NCBI GenBank assembly: GCA_963752475.1
Contig: CAVVYR010000006.1
Coordinates: 320,001-384,000, forward strand
DNA length: 64,000 bases
From: an uncultured Chloroflexia bacterium
GTDB lineage: Bacteria > Chloroflexota > Limnocylindria > Limnocylindrales > CSP1-4
Reading direction: 5' to 3'
The position numbers and the translations under genes are program-made. Below the pieces are notes generated by a model, which was given only the letters and a program-made list of their open reading frames with translations, was not told the DNA's origin and did not search any database. Positions 38,115 through 49,910 of the stretch are shown here, piece by piece; the stretch's first letter is position 1, and each line of letters opens with the position of its first letter.

Positions 38115-39190
38115 CGGCCGATCTTCTGCTGGGCCATGAACTCGTCGGAGTAGAGCCCATCGTAGAGGGTGTCGAGCTCCGGCTGCGGCGCGGCCTTGGC
38201 GAAGGCCACGGCATCCTCCACGCGGGCCGCGGCGGTCTCATCGGCTTCCTGCAACCAGCCTTCGTCCGCTGCTCCGGACTCCAGCAGGAAGGTCCCCAGG
38301 CGCGTGATGGGGTCGAAGCGTTCCCAGGCCTCGTTGCCGTCGGTGTCGCGATAGGCCTCATCGTCGGCGACGAAGTGGCCGATGTAGCGGTAGTAGCGGG
38401 CCTCGATGAGCGTGGGCCCCTTTCCGGCACGAGCGCGCTCGGCGGCCTCCGCCACGGCGTCGTGGACGGCGATGGCGTTGAAGCCGTCGACGGTCACCCC
38501 GGGGATGCCGTAGCCGACCGCCCGGTCGGCCACCGAGGGGTTGCCCACGGCTTGCTCGTAGGGCATCGAGATGGCCCACTGGTTGTTCTCGCAGAGGAAG
38601 ATGACCGGCAGCTCCCAGGCCGCGGCGAGGTTGATCGATTCGTGCCACACACCCTGGTTGGTGGCGCCATCGCCGTGGAAGCAGACCGTCACGTGGTCCT
38701 GCCCCAGGGTCTTGGCCGTGAGTGCGGCGCCGACCGCGATGGGCATGGCCGAGCCCACGATGCCCGTCGCGCCGAGCATGCCCATGTCGACCGCGGCGAT
38801 GTGCATCGAACCGCCCTTGCCCTTGTTGTACCCGGGTGAACGGCCCATGAGCTCGGCCATCATGCGGCGCGGATCGCCGCCCTTGGCGATGGTGTGGCCG
38901 TGGCCACGGTGGGTGCTGGTGATGTGGTCGCCGTCACGCAGGGCCGCGCAGGCCCCCACGGCGATGGCTTCGGCACAGACGTACGAGTGGGCCAGGCCGT
39001 AGATGAAGTCCTGCTTCCACAGCTCCTTGACCGCGCTGTCGAACTCGCGGATGAGGCGCATGCCCTCGTAGATGCGCTTGAGCTCGTGGGCCGGGAGCGC
39101 ATCCGAGCCGGTCAGCGGAGTGAGGGTGTCGCGCTCGAAGGCAGCCACCGCTGCTGCGTTCTCCTCGAGCGAGATGCGGTGCCGCGTCAT
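38111..39190 (-). CDS. E1 alpha subunit (AcoA/PdhA-like)
   Basis: STHRGHGH, GKGGSMH, GDGATNQG...ENN, YR..GH. Confidence 0.93.
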   Translation of the reverse strand: MTRHRISLEENAAAVAAFERDTLTPLTGSDALPAHELKRIYEGMRLIREFDSAVKELWKQDFIYGLAHSYVCAEAIAVGACAALRDGDHITSTHRGHGHTIAKGGDPRRMMAELMGRSPGYNKGKGGSMHIAAVDMGMLGATGIVGSAMPIAVGAALTAKTLGQDHVTVCFHGDGATNQGVWHESINLAAAWELPVIFLCENNQWAISMPYEQAVGNPSVADRAVGYGIPGVTVDGFNAIAVHDAVAEAAERARAGKGPTLIEARYYRYIGHFVADDEAYRDTDGNEAWERFDPITRLGTFLLESGAADEGWLQEADETAAARVEDAVAFAKAAPQPELDTLYDGLYSDEFMAQQKIGR

Positions 39191-39951
39191 GCCCGCAGCT
39201 CGATGACCTCACCCGGCTCGGGAGCGACCACGCTGGGCTGCCACTCACCGGCGGCCGTGTGGGTCTCCATGAGCTTGAGGAAGGCCTGCACGGCCGGGTG
39301 GCTGGGCCACTGGTAGTGGCTGGCGATGACGTGGTTGAGCCCGAGCCACTGGCTGGCCATGACCGCCTCCTGCACCGTGACCTCGCCGCCACGGTAGACC
39401 TCGAAGTGCGGCAGCGAATCCTCCGGCAGGGCCACGACCATGAGCCCGTGCGTGGGTCGGTACAGCTCCCCGAAGAGCCGGAAGTCGTAGGTCATCGCCG
39501 AGTCGCCCTGGTGGTAGAGGCGGACCCCCGGTCCGGCGTCGACCATGAAGCCCATGGCCGGGCCACTGAGCAGCTCGCCGTCCGGCGTCACCGAGAAGGA
39601 CCAGTGGTGGCTCTCGACCGGGTGTACCGGCACGCCTGCCACGGTCATGGGGATGCCCCAGATGGTGACCCGGATCTGGTCGGGATCGACGCCGTGCACG
39701 GTGGTCAGGTTGTGGGCCACGTCCTTGGCGCAGATGACCGGGCACCCGTCCCGCTTGAGGATCTCGGCGGCTTCGCCCTGGTGGTCGTAGGCCGCATGCG
39801 TCACGAGCACCAGGTCGACCTTGTCGAGGTCCTGCCAGGAGAGGGGACAGGCGGGATTCGAGTCCATGTACGGGTCCATCACGACCCGCGTGCCAGCCTC
39901 GGTCACGAGCTCGTAGCCCGCGGTGCCGAAGAACCGAAGTGTCGCCGTCAT
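39187..39951 (-). CDS. Metallo-beta-lactamase-fold hydrolase (UlaG/UPF0173-like)
   Basis: THAAYDH (variant HxHxDH), YHQGDS, SHY. Confidence 0.8.
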   Translation of the reverse strand: MTATLRFFGTAGYELVTEAGTRVVMDPYMDSNPACPLSWQDLDKVDLVLVTHAAYDHQGEAAEILKRDGCPVICAKDVAHNLTTVHGVDPDQIRVTIWGIPMTVAGVPVHPVESHHWSFSVTPDGELLSGPAMGFMVDAGPGVRLYHQGDSAMTYDFRLFGELYRPTHGLMVVALPEDSLPHFEVYRGGEVTVQEAVMASQWLGLNHVIASHYQWPSHPAVQAFLKLMETHTAAGEWQPSVVAPEPGEVIELRA

Positions 39952-40018
39952 GAGTCGCTCCTTGCTGCCCTCGGGTGCCAGCTTGTCCGCGTCCAGCGTG
40001 TCGGTCGTCGGGCTGTCC

Positions 40019-40033
40019 GATTGTAGTACAATC
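40019..40033. promoter_or_regulatory. Putative GntR/FadR operator between divergent operons
   Basis: Perfect palindrome GATTGTA-G-TACAATC containing TACAAT -10-like hexamers on both strands. Confidence 0.7.
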
Positions 40034-40073
40034 CTGCGACGCGAGTCCACCAACGAGGACCGACACCCGATCC

Positions 40074-40781
40074 ATGAGCATGGAACAGGCGACGCTCGAT
40101 CGGCCGCCCAGCCTGACCGACGCGGTCGTGGCGCACATCCGCGACGGAATCATCCGCGGGACCTACGCGCCCGGCCAGCCGCTGACCGAGGCCCAGCTGT
40201 CAGACGAGCTGGGGACCTCGCGCGGTACGGTCAGGGAGGCGCTGCGTGTGCTCGCGGGCCTGGGTCTGGTCGAACGCTCGGCGCATCGTGGCGCGGCGGT
40301 CTCGCGGCTCACGGCCAAGCGGGCCGAGGAGATCTACACGCTGCGTGCGTCCCTCGAGTCGTTGGCGGCGCAGCTGGCCGTGGAGCGCGGGCACCTCGAC
40401 GACGCCGCGCTGGTGGTGCTCACGACCCACGTGGACGCCATCGAGCATGCTGCCCGGCGCGATGACCTGCAGGGCATGGTGCACGCGGACATCGATTTCC
40501 ACCGCGCGCTCTCGGCCTACTCAGGCCACGACCTGCTGATGGAGCACCTCGACGCCATCCAGGTGCACAGCCGTCGGCTGCTCTTCTACAGCGACCTCTA
40601 CCAGCCCGAACCGGAGCTGGTCGTGCGTCGTCACCGCGAGCTGCTGCGGGTGCTGCAGTCCGGCGACGCGTACGCGGTGGCCAGCGCCATCGACGAGCAC
40701 ATCAGCGGGCCGGGCCGGGACATCGTGGAGAAGATGCTCGCGCGCGAGCAGTACGGAGAGGGGACCGATGAAGACGCGTGA
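40074..40781 (+). CDS. GntR-family regulator with FCD domain
   Basis: LTEAQLSDELGTSRGTVREAL HTH; DIDFH FCD motif. Confidence 0.92.
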   Translation: MSMEQATLDRPPSLTDAVVAHIRDGIIRGTYAPGQPLTEAQLSDELGTSRGTVREALRVLAGLGLVERSAHRGAAVSRLTAKRAEEIYTLRASLESLAAQLAVERGHLDDAALVVLTTHVDAIEHAARRDDLQGMVHADIDFHRALSAYSGHDLLMEHLDAIQVHSRRLLFYSDLYQPEPELVVRRHRELLRVLQSGDAYAVASAIDEHISGPGRDIVEKMLAREQYGEGTDEDA

Positions 40782-41553
40782 CCTGAGCGGGCTGTTCTCG
40801 CTGGCCGGCAGGGGCGCCATCGTCACCGGTGGTGGCTCGGGCCTGGGCCTGGCCATGGCCGAGGCCTTCGCCCAGTACGGCGCGGCCGTGGCGGTCGTCG
40901 ACCTCGACGAGGCCGCCGCGAGCGAGGTGGCGCGTGACATCGAGGCTGCCGGCGGACGAGCCGTCGCGATCGGCTGTGATGTGGCCGACCACGCGCAGGT
41001 GGACGCGGCCGTGGCCGCGGCAGTGGCCGCCTTGGGTGACATCCACGTGCTCGCGGCCAACGCCGGGGTCGGCGACCGCGCACCGGCCGTGGAGATGACC
41101 CTCGAGCAGTGGCAGCGGGTGCTCGACATCAACCTCTCCGGCGCCTGGTACTTCGACCAGGCTGTGGGCCGTCACATGATCGAGCGCGGCGTCGCCGGCT
41201 CCATCATCAATACCTCTTCGATCACCAGCCTCGTGGGTATCACCACCGGCAACGCCAACTACGCCGCTACCAAGGGCGGGCTCAACGCGCTCACGCGCAC
41301 GCTGGCCATCGAGTGGGCAGGCCATGGCATCCGCGTCAACGCCATCGCTCCCACGCACGTCAAGACCGCGCTCATCGAACAGAAGATGGCCGAGGATCCG
41401 GCCCTCGCGGACTTCTTCCTGGGCAACATCCCGCTCGGCCGACTGGGTGAGCCGGAGGACATCGCGGCTGCCGCCATCTACCTCGCCTCTGACGCTGGCG
41501 CGCTCGTCACCGGGCATGTGCTGGTCGTCGACGGCGGCCACACCGCGCGATGA
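40768..41553 (+). CDS. SDR-family oxidoreductase (gluconate 5-dehydrogenase-like)
   Basis: TGGGSGLG, NAG, YAATK, VDGG. Confidence 0.92.
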   Translation: MKTRDLSGLFSLAGRGAIVTGGGSGLGLAMAEAFAQYGAAVAVVDLDEAAASEVARDIEAAGGRAVAIGCDVADHAQVDAAVAAAVAALGDIHVLAANAGVGDRAPAVEMTLEQWQRVLDINLSGAWYFDQAVGRHMIERGVAGSIINTSSITSLVGITTGNANYAATKGGLNALTRTLAIEWAGHGIRVNAIAPTHVKTALIEQKMAEDPALADFFLGNIPLGRLGEPEDIAAAAIYLASDAGALVTGHVLVVDGGHTAR

Positions 41554-42589
41554 ACGGCCCCGACATGGTTCGGGCGCTGCACATCACGGGGCCGGACCGC
41601 TTCGGCATCGTCGAGAAGGTGCGACCCGAGCCTGGTCCCGGGTGCAGCCTCGCCGCGCCTGCCTATGTCGGCCTCTGTGGCACCGACCTCGACCTCTTCG
41701 ATGGCTCCATGCCCTACTTCGCCGAGGGCGTGGCCACCTATCCGATGCAGCCCGGACACGAGTGGTCGGGCAGGCTGCTCGAGGCCGAACGATGAACTGG
41801 CGGCGGGTACGCGCATCATCCTCGACGCGGTCATCGACTGCGGCCGGCCTGACTGCGAGCTGTGCACGGCCGGCCTGGTGGTGCGCTGCCAGGAGCGCTT
41901 CGAGTTCGGCGTGCGCAAGGGCCTCGACGGCGCCCTGGCCACGGTCGGTCTCGGCACCCGATCGCTACATGCTGCCGGTGCCCCAGGGCGTTCGTCTCCG
42001 CGATGCTGCCTTGGTCGAGCCGATGGTGACCACGCTCGAGGGCATCAAGCGGACGGCGCCGGTGCCGGGCGAAGAGGTGCTCATCGTGGGCTCGGCCACG
42101 CTCGGCCTGGCCGGCGCCATGATCCTCGCCGCACGCGGCATCCGCACACACGTGCTGCTGCGCAACGAGACACGCACCGAGACGGTGGAGGCGACCGGCG
42201 CGATCCCCTGGCTTATCGGCACGCGCGCCGCCGTGGCGCGGTTCGACGTCGTCCTCGAGGCGGCCGGCACACCGTCGGGGGTCCAGGCGGCCCTGTCATA
42301 CGCCGCGGCCGGGGCGCGGGTGGCGCTGCTGGGCGTGCCCACGGAACCGGTACCCATCGATATCGGCAACCTCGTCATCCACGACATCACCGCCCAGGGC
42401 GTGCTCAACGGGCCCGGCCAGTACCCCCACGGCCTGGCCGCGATCGCCTCGGGCGAGGTCAAGCCAGAGCTGCTCATCGACCGGGTCTTCCCCTTCGATG
42501 AGATCGAGGCCGCCGTCGCACGCTCGCGAGAGCCCGGCCGTGCTCGGCCCAAGGTCCTCGTACAGGTCGACCCCGAGGCGCCAGAGTAG
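41550..42589 (+). pseudogene. Zn-dependent MDR dehydrogenase, frameshifted (probably sequence errors)
   Basis: GLCGTD, GHEWSG, C-x4-C-x2-C-x7-C, LVEP and FDVVLEAAG distributed over three frames. Confidence 0.8.
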
Positions 42590-42618
42590 CCAGAGCGGAC
42601 GTCAATCCCAAGGAGGCC

Positions 42619-43681
42619 ATGCACGTGAGCGACCACTACTTCGAGCGGGTCCGCGCCGAGACCGGCGGCCGTTTCTGGGTCAACAACCCCACGAGCGAGG
42701 AGATGGACCTGGCACTGGCCTCCGGGGCCATGGGTTGCACGACCAACCCCGGCTACGGCGGCAACCTCGTGCAACGGGTACCTGAGGAGGTCCTGCCCGT
42801 GGTGCGCGCGTGCCTGGCCGAGTCGGACGACGACGAGGTCGTGGCCGAGCTCGTGCAGGAGCAGCTCATCGGGCGCATCTGCGAGCGCTTCGCGCGCCTG
42901 TACGAAACGAGCGAAGGCCGGGAGGGCTTCGTCTCCATCCAGGGTGCCCCAGAGCGAGACACCGAGGCCTCGAACATCATCGAGGCCAGCCGTCGCGCCC
43001 GCGCCATCGCGCCCAACGCCACACCCAAGATCCCGGCCACGCTACCGGGGTTCGAGGCGTTCGAGGAGAACGTGCGGGCCGGTCGGCAGTCCATCGCGAC
43101 CGAGGTCTTCAGCGTGGCCCAGGTCATCGAGACCTGCGAGCGCTACCTCGCGGTGACTGCCGAGACCGGGGTGCGCCCGCCCTTCTTCATGAGCCCCATC
43201 ACCGGCATCCTCGGCGACCACTTCAAGAAGCTCGCGGCACGTGACGGGCTGGACGTGCCCGTCGAAGCCATGGAGGCGGCCGGCGTCATCGTGGCACGGG
43301 CCTGCTACGCGGTGGTGCGCGAGCGTGAGTACCCCGTGACCCTGCTCTACGGCGGTGCGCGCACCGAGCTCGATTTCGCCGGCCTCATCGGTGGCGGCAT
43401 GGCCGCGACCATCAACTGGTCGACCGCCTCCGAGCTCATCGAGCACGACCCGCCTGCCCGTATGAGCGTCACCGATGCGCCCGATCCCGAGGTCGTGCAG
43501 GTGCTGACCGAGGCCTTCGACGAGATGCGTCAGGCGCTCGATCCCGGCGGTCTGCCGCCCGAGGACTTCGAGGAGTTCGGCCCGGTCCTGCACTTCCGCG
43601 ACGCCTTCATCGATGGCTGGAACGGCGTGCGCGCGATGATCGGTGACGTGCGTGCCGGGAGGTACGACGAAGCGAGCGTAG
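42619..43681 (+). CDS. Transaldolase-family protein (3' end uncertain; track ORF runs to 43893)
   Basis: CTTNP, GFVSIQ, PKIPAT Schiff-base Lys; AAGGAGG RBS. Confidence 0.8.
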
Positions 43682-43684
43682 AAG

Positions 43685-43720
43685 TTGACACGGAGGCTAC
43701 CGGTATGGTGGTATGCCACC
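43685..43720 (+). promoter_or_regulatory. Possible promoter/operator for the CUT2 ABC operon
   Basis: TTGACA at 43685; palindrome GGTGG-TATG-CCACC at 43707-43720; -35/-10 spacing non-canonical. Confidence 0.35.
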
Positions 43721-43985
43721 GGACCACTAGCAGATGCCGGCGTCGAGGGACCGCCGGAGGGAGTATCGGCGAGGAGGAGTCGTGGGGGAACACGTGCGCG
43801 ACCGCGGCCGCCAGGAGGGCCAGCGACGTCCGCGATTGCTTGCCCACGCGCTGCGCAGTCGAGAGGAGGGCAGTGCTACCTGACCGACCCTGAGGAGACG
43901 AGCTGAGGGAGCAGCGCGCTCCACTCGAGAGGGCCGCGATGACGGCCCACGTGACGAATCGCGCCAGGGAGGGCGCAGAAAGGAC

Positions 43986-45055
43986 GTGAAGGACTTGAGG
44001 AAGACATTCGCGATCGCGGCATCGACCGCATTGATCGTCGGCGCATTCGGCGCCGCACCCGCGGTAGCTCAGGACGAGGAGGTCGTCATCGGCTACTCGG
44101 CTCCGGGCCTCGTCGGTGCCCAGTTGCAGATCCAGCAGGGTCTCGTCAACGGCGCCGAGGCCAAGGGCTGGACGGTGCTGACCACCACGTCGGACGGCGA
44201 TGCGCAGAAGCAGCTCGAACGACATCAACGACTACATCGCGCAGGGCGTGGACGCCATCGTGGCCGTTCCCGACGATAGCGCCGGCATCTGCGTGGCAGT
44301 CCAGAACGCCAAGGACCAGGGCATCCCGTTCTACACCATCGATCGCGTCGCCATCCGGCTGCGAGATCAACATGACCGTGCTCAGCGACAACTACCTGGC
44401 CGGTCAGCAGTCGGGTGAGGCTGTGGTGGCCTACCTGACCGAGAAGTACGGCGAGCCCACGGGCACCGTGCTCGAGATCACCGGCAACATGGCCCAGAAC
44501 GTGGCCCAGCTGCGCGGTGGTGGCTTCCAGGAGGTCGTGAGCGCCAACGAGGGCATCGATCTCATCACCCAGATCGGCGACTGGGAGGCCGACAAGGGCG
44601 TGGACATCGTTCGTGACCTCGCCTCTGCCGAGGATCTCGACGCCATCTACTTCCACTCGGACTGCGTCTACACGCCGGGCACCCTCCAGGTGCTCGACGA
44701 GATCGGCAAGCTCGTGCCGCGTGGCGAGGATGGCCACATCTTCCTGGCCGGTGTCGACGCCTGCCTGCAGGCGCTGGACGCCATCCGCGCCGGCTACTCG
44801 GACCAGGCTTCCAACCAGCCGATCCCCGACTTCGGTGTCTCGCGGCCGACTTCATCGAGAAGGAGCTCGCGGGCGAGGTCATCGAGGAAGGCGAAGTCGG
44901 TGTCAGAGGGCGCCCTCTGGTCGCCAGCTCGTATCGAGATGAGCGATGTCGGTCCGCAGCTGTTCCTGTCCACCAGCTCGGTGGGCCCGGACAACGTCGA
45001 TGACGAGCGTCTGTGGGGCAACATCGAGGCCGCCATGGCGGCCGAGGGCGAGTAG
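43986..45055 (+). pseudogene. CUT2 (RbsB-like) sugar-binding protein, frameshifted
   Basis: Signal peptide AVA|QDEE; IAQGVDAIV, TIDR, SDNYLAG and R..GF pieces in different frames. Confidence 0.8.
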
Positions 45056-45099
45056 CCCGACGGCACTCACCTAGTGACCAAGTGAGATAGACGCGAGCT

Positions 45100-45128
45100 G
45101 GGGCGCCTCGCTCGAACGGGGCGCCCCA
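45100..45128 (+). terminator. Stem-loop after the SBP gene (attenuator or mRNA stabiliser)
   Basis: GGGGCGCC...GGCGCCCC inverted repeat, no U-tract. Confidence 0.5.
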
Positions 45129-45158
45129 CCGCACCACGGCTGGCGGGGTAGGCAGGCG

Positions 45159-46699
45159 ATGGCAGAGGTCAACGGCGGCAAGGTCGTCGAGATGACCAAC
45201 ATCATCAAGACGTTCCCGGGCGTGAAGGCTCTCAACGATGTCTCGTTTCGACGTACGCCAGGGTGAGATCCACGCGCTGGTGGGCAAGAACGGCGCGGGC
45301 AAGTCCACGCTCATGAGCATCCTCACGGGCCTCTATCCGCCCAATTCGGGGACCATCCGCGTGCGCGGTGAGGTCATCGACCACATGAGTACGTCGCTGA
45401 GCCAGGAGGCGGGCATCTCGATCGTGGCGCAGCACGCGCGCTTCGTGCCTGGCCTGTCGGTGGCCGAAAACCTGTTCATGGGCCAGATGCCAACGGTTCG
45501 GGGCGGCTTCGTCGACTGGCGCATGCTGCGCAAGGATGCCAGCGAGCGCCTCGAGCGCCTGGGGCTCGATATCGACGTCAAGAAGCGCATGGAGCAGATG
45601 ACCGTCGCCGAGCGCCAGCTCATCGAGATCGCACGGGCGCTCTTCGCCGACGCCAGCGTGATCATCCTCGATGAGCCCACGGCCCCGTTGCCCAAGCACG
45701 AAGTGGCCATGCTCTTCGACTTCGTGCGGCGCCAGCGTGAGGCCGGCGCTTCGTTCATCTATATCAGCCACTACCTCGAAGAGGTCTTCGAGATCGCTGA
45801 CCGCGTCACGGTCCTGCGCAACGGCGCCGAGGTCGACACCGTCGACGTCTCTGAGCTGACCCAGGCCGACCTCATCCACATGATCTCGCGGCGAGAACGT
45901 ACAGCGCTTCGTGCGGCCGCGCCGCGAGTCCGTCGGCGAGCCGGTGCTGCAGATCAAGGGCCTGACTCGGAAGCGCGCCTACGACGGACGTCGAGCTCAC
46001 GCTGCACGCGGGCGAGGTCGTGGGCCTGACCGGCCTCGAGGGCAGTGGCCCCGGCGAGCTGGCGCGCGGCCTCTACGCGCTCGAGGCGTTGGGTGAGGGT
46101 GAGGTCACGTTGGACGGCAAGGCATTCCACCCCAGCCACCCCAGCCATGCCCTTGAGGACGGGCTCGCATACCTGCCGCGTGACCGCCACGGGCTCGGCA
46201 TCGTGGCCATCCGCAGCGTCAGCAACAACATCACGATGTCGGTCATCGGGCGCCTGACTCGTCGGCTGGGCCTCATCGACGGAGGACGCGAGAGAGGGCT
46301 CGTCGGTACGTTTTCATCGACAAGCTGGGCATCAAGACGCCCAGCCCCAAGACCTTCGTCGAGAACCTCAGTGGCGGCAACCAGCAGAAGGTGGTGGTGG
46401 CCAAGCTGGCCGCGACCGAACCGAAGGTGCTACTGCTCGACGAGCCCACGCAGGGCGTCGACGTGCAAGCCAAGGTGGAGATCCTGCGCATCGTGGATCA
46501 GCTCACCGAGGACGGCGTGGCCGTGGCCATCGTCTCCGACGAGCTGCTCGAGCTGATCGACACATGCGACCGGATCGTCGTCTTCTATCGCGGGCAGATC
46601 GCCCGTGAGTTCATCAAGGGCACGGACGAGATGACGCCAGCGACCATCCTGGCGGCCATCGAGGGTGGCGCAGGGGAGGCCGCACATGCAATGGCGTAA
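45159..46699 (+). pseudogene. CUT2 (RbsA-like) ABC ATPase, frameshifted
   Basis: FPGVKAL, GKNGAGKS, DEPT, LSGGNQQK and DEPTQGVDV over several frames. Confidence 0.85.
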
Positions 46700-47766
46700 G
46701 TACGCACCCAGGATCCTGGACAACCTGATCTGGTTCATCCTGGTCGGCGTCTTCATCTTCTTCGTCCTCGGGACGGACAAGTTCCTTACGCCGTTCAACA
46801 TCGTCAACATCCTCAGCGCCGCGGCCGTGCTCGGCATCGTCGTCGTGGGCCAGACCTTCGTGCTCATCACGGGCAACTTCGACCTGAGCCAGGAGTCGAC
46901 CATGGGTCTGGGAGCCCTGGTCGGGCTGTGGATCATCGTGCCCGCGGCGGCGCCCTACTTCGGTGGCGGACTGGGGGTCCCGCCGATCCTGTCGATCGTG
47001 ATCATCCTGGCCATGGGCGTGGGCATCGGCGCATTGATCGGCTCGCTCATCACCTATGGGCGCATGAACAACTTCATCGTGACCCTGGCCATGCTGCTGA
47101 TCCTGCGTGGCCTGATGCTGTACTTCACCAAGGGCAACAGCGTCAACGCCATCAACTACGAAGGCAGCGACGTCTTCTACTGGCTGGGTCACGAGACCTT
47201 CTCGATGCCCTGGCTGGGCAACGTGCCGGTGGCTGTGCCGGCCATGCTCCTCGTCTTCCTGGTCGCGCACATCGTGCTCACGTATCGCAAGTTCGGCCGC
47301 GATATCTACGCCGTCGGCGGCAACAAGACGGCCGCCATCGCCTCGGGTATCGATGCCGACAAGCGTGTACGGCAGGTCTACATGATCAGCGGCTTCCTGG
47401 CTGCTCTCGCTGGCATCGTGCTGGCCGGACGTGTGGCCTCGGTGCAGGTCAACCTCGGCGACGGCTACATCTTCACCGTCTTCGCAGCGGCAGTCATCGG
47501 CGGTGTCAGCCTCCAGGGCGGGCGCGGCGCGATGATCGGCGTGCTCGGCGGCGTGCTGCTGCTCTCGACCATCGACCGTGGCCTCAACCTGATGCGCGTG
47601 GAGGTCTTCCTGCAGCAGGTGGTGCAGGGCCTGATCATCCTCTTCGCCATGTTCATCGATGCCCAGCGGGTGCGCTTCCGCGCGCCGGTGGCGGATGACC
47701 AGCCGAACGGCGGACGAAACCGCTCCGGCTGCGCCAGCTTCGAACGGAGGTGGCACCACGCCGTGA
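46686..47766 (+). CDS. CUT2 (RbsC-like) permease; 3' end affected by an indel
   Basis: GNFDLS, FIVTLA, GRDIYAVGGN, AAVIGGVSL.GGRG. Confidence 0.88.
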
Positions 47767-48489
47767 CCGCTGAGCGGCTGGTCTCGCAGCTGACGCGCGA
47801 AGCCACTCTGGCCCAGCGCGTCGAGCGGGAGCTGGAGCGTCTATCTCGAGAGCCGTCTGGGCGAGGGCGATCGCTTGCCATCAGAACGGGAGCTGGCGAC
47901 ACAGTTCGGGGTCAGCCGCACCGTGGTGCGCGAAGCCGTGCGGGCGCTCGCGGCCAGGCAGCTGGTCGACGTCAGCGTGGGCCGAGGGACTGTGGTGCGA
48001 GCGCCTACGCCGCAGTCGGCTGCCGAATCGATGAAGCTGCTGCTTCAGATGCAGTCGCGATACCAGCCGCGTGGAGCATGTCAGCGAGGTCCGCCATTTC
48101 ATCGAGAACGAGATCGCGGCCTGGCCGCCGAGCGCCGCACGGAGGCGGACCTCGTGGAACTCGAGGCGGTGCTGGACGAGACCCGGCGCCATCTCGACGA
48201 ACCGGACATCTACATCAAGAGCGACGTAGCGTGGCACGCGGCACTGGCGCGCGCCACGCAGAACCCGTTGTTCGTGATCATCTCGACTCGCTCGTGGAGA
48301 TCATGATCGAGGTGCGCTTGCTGGGCCTGCGCATCCCAGGCATCCCGGCTGTCGCGCTCGCACCACCACGAGCGCGTCCTGAAGGCTGTACGCGCCGGTG
48401 ATCCCGACGCGGCCCGGCGCGAGATGGACGCGCACATGGACCAGTCGGCCAACACCCTGCGGGAAGCCATCATGAACGACGAAGGGTGA
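47763..48489 (+). pseudogene. FadR/GntR-family regulator, frameshifted
   Basis: LPSERELATQFGVSRTVVREAV; D.AWH.ALA.ATQNPL. Confidence 0.8.
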
Positions 48490-49910
48490 GCGTCCTCGCC
48501 ATCGACATCGGCTCCTCGCGCATCAAGGCGGTGCTGGCCAGCTGGGACGGTCCGACTAAGTCGAAGTGCGCAGACGCGGCGACGCCCCACCAGTCGCTGG
48601 AGCCAGGCGAGCGCTCGTATCCCGCTTCCGCGCCGTCGCCGATACCGTCGAAGGCGCTCGTCGCCGGACTCGCCTCGAACCAACAGCAGGATGCGCGTCG
48701 ACACGCTCGTCTTCGCCTGCCTGGGTACGGCCATGGCCCGCTGGACCGCGCAGGGCTCGCCCCTGGGTCCGGCTCTGGCGCCGGCCGACCTGCGGCCGCA
48801 GGCGTGACCCGTGGCCTGTCGACGAGCTGGCGACATGGACGCGGCCGAGCTCGCCTGGCGTACCGGCTCCGACCCGGCGGTGGCTTCGTTCCTGCTGCAT
48901 GCCCTGTGGTGGCAGCCGCGAGCATCCCGCGGGTGGTGGAGCGCGCGCATCGCTTCCGCTCGCTGCGCGGCTACGCCCTGGCGCGATCTGCGTGACGTCG
49001 ACGCCGAGGATCGCGCCTGGGCTTCGCGCACGATGCTGGTGGATCTCGAGACCGGCACTGGGACGCAGGCATCCTGGCCGCGGCCGGCCTGCCGACGACG
49101 TGCTGCCCGCCGCTCGAGCCGCCGACCGACGACGTTCCCGCTGTCGCAGGCCGCGCCATCGAGCGACTGGGCCTGGCTCCCGGGGCGGTGGCCGTGCTCG
49201 GCGGCCATGGACAACGGCTGCTCGCTGCTCGGCGCCGACGGGCCGGAGCGCTCGGGGCTGGTCAACATCGTCGGCACCTACGAGCACATGGCCGGTGCCG
49301 CCTACCTTGCCGAGGTCCGCGGCGTCGCCGATGCGACCGGCAGCGATCGTGCATGCGTACGTGCTCCCGGGTCGAGTACATCAGCCATGACGACGCGTGC
49401 CCATCGGCGTACCTGCTTGCGTCGGGCCGCCGCCGGCGACAGGCGCGGGCTCGACGAGCTGCTCGAGCGGCATCCCGGCCGAACCGCGGGGACGCGCGCG
49501 TGGCCCTCGACGACGAGGCGGTCGACGAGGCCCTCGACGTCGGGCCGGGAGCCCACGGACGTGCTGCGAGACCTGGTCGAGGCTGCGCGTCGACGATGCT
49601 CGTGCGCGTTCGCCGACGCCTGGACGGGCCTGGGTCGTCCGGGTCGAGCCCGATCGCGGTCGTCGGTGGTGGCGCACGCCACGAGAGCAGTGCTGCGGCT
49701 GAAGGCCACCTGCCTGCGACGTCGGCTCAGCGTGCTGACATCGAGCGAGAGGGCGCGGCCGTGGGAGCCCTGCGCCTGGCGGCTATGGCCGTCCGTGGGC
49801 GCCACGCTCGACGAGGCCTGCGCGGCTCTTCGAGAACGCGATCACGCCGCGCCTTCGAGCCACGCGACCGGCCGAGCGACCTCCGACCACGGGGGTGCCG
49901 CAGCACATGA
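48486..49910 (+). pseudogene. FGGY-family carbohydrate kinase, heavily frameshifted
   Basis: LAIDIGSSRIKAV, ASRTML.DL, NIVGTYE and VVGGGA fragments. Confidence 0.7.

Noticed and set aside
46665-48401. Permease-regulator fusion protein (578 aa)
   Set aside because: An indel joins the permease to the FadR start, and a GTGA overlap at 47763-47766 indicates separate genes.
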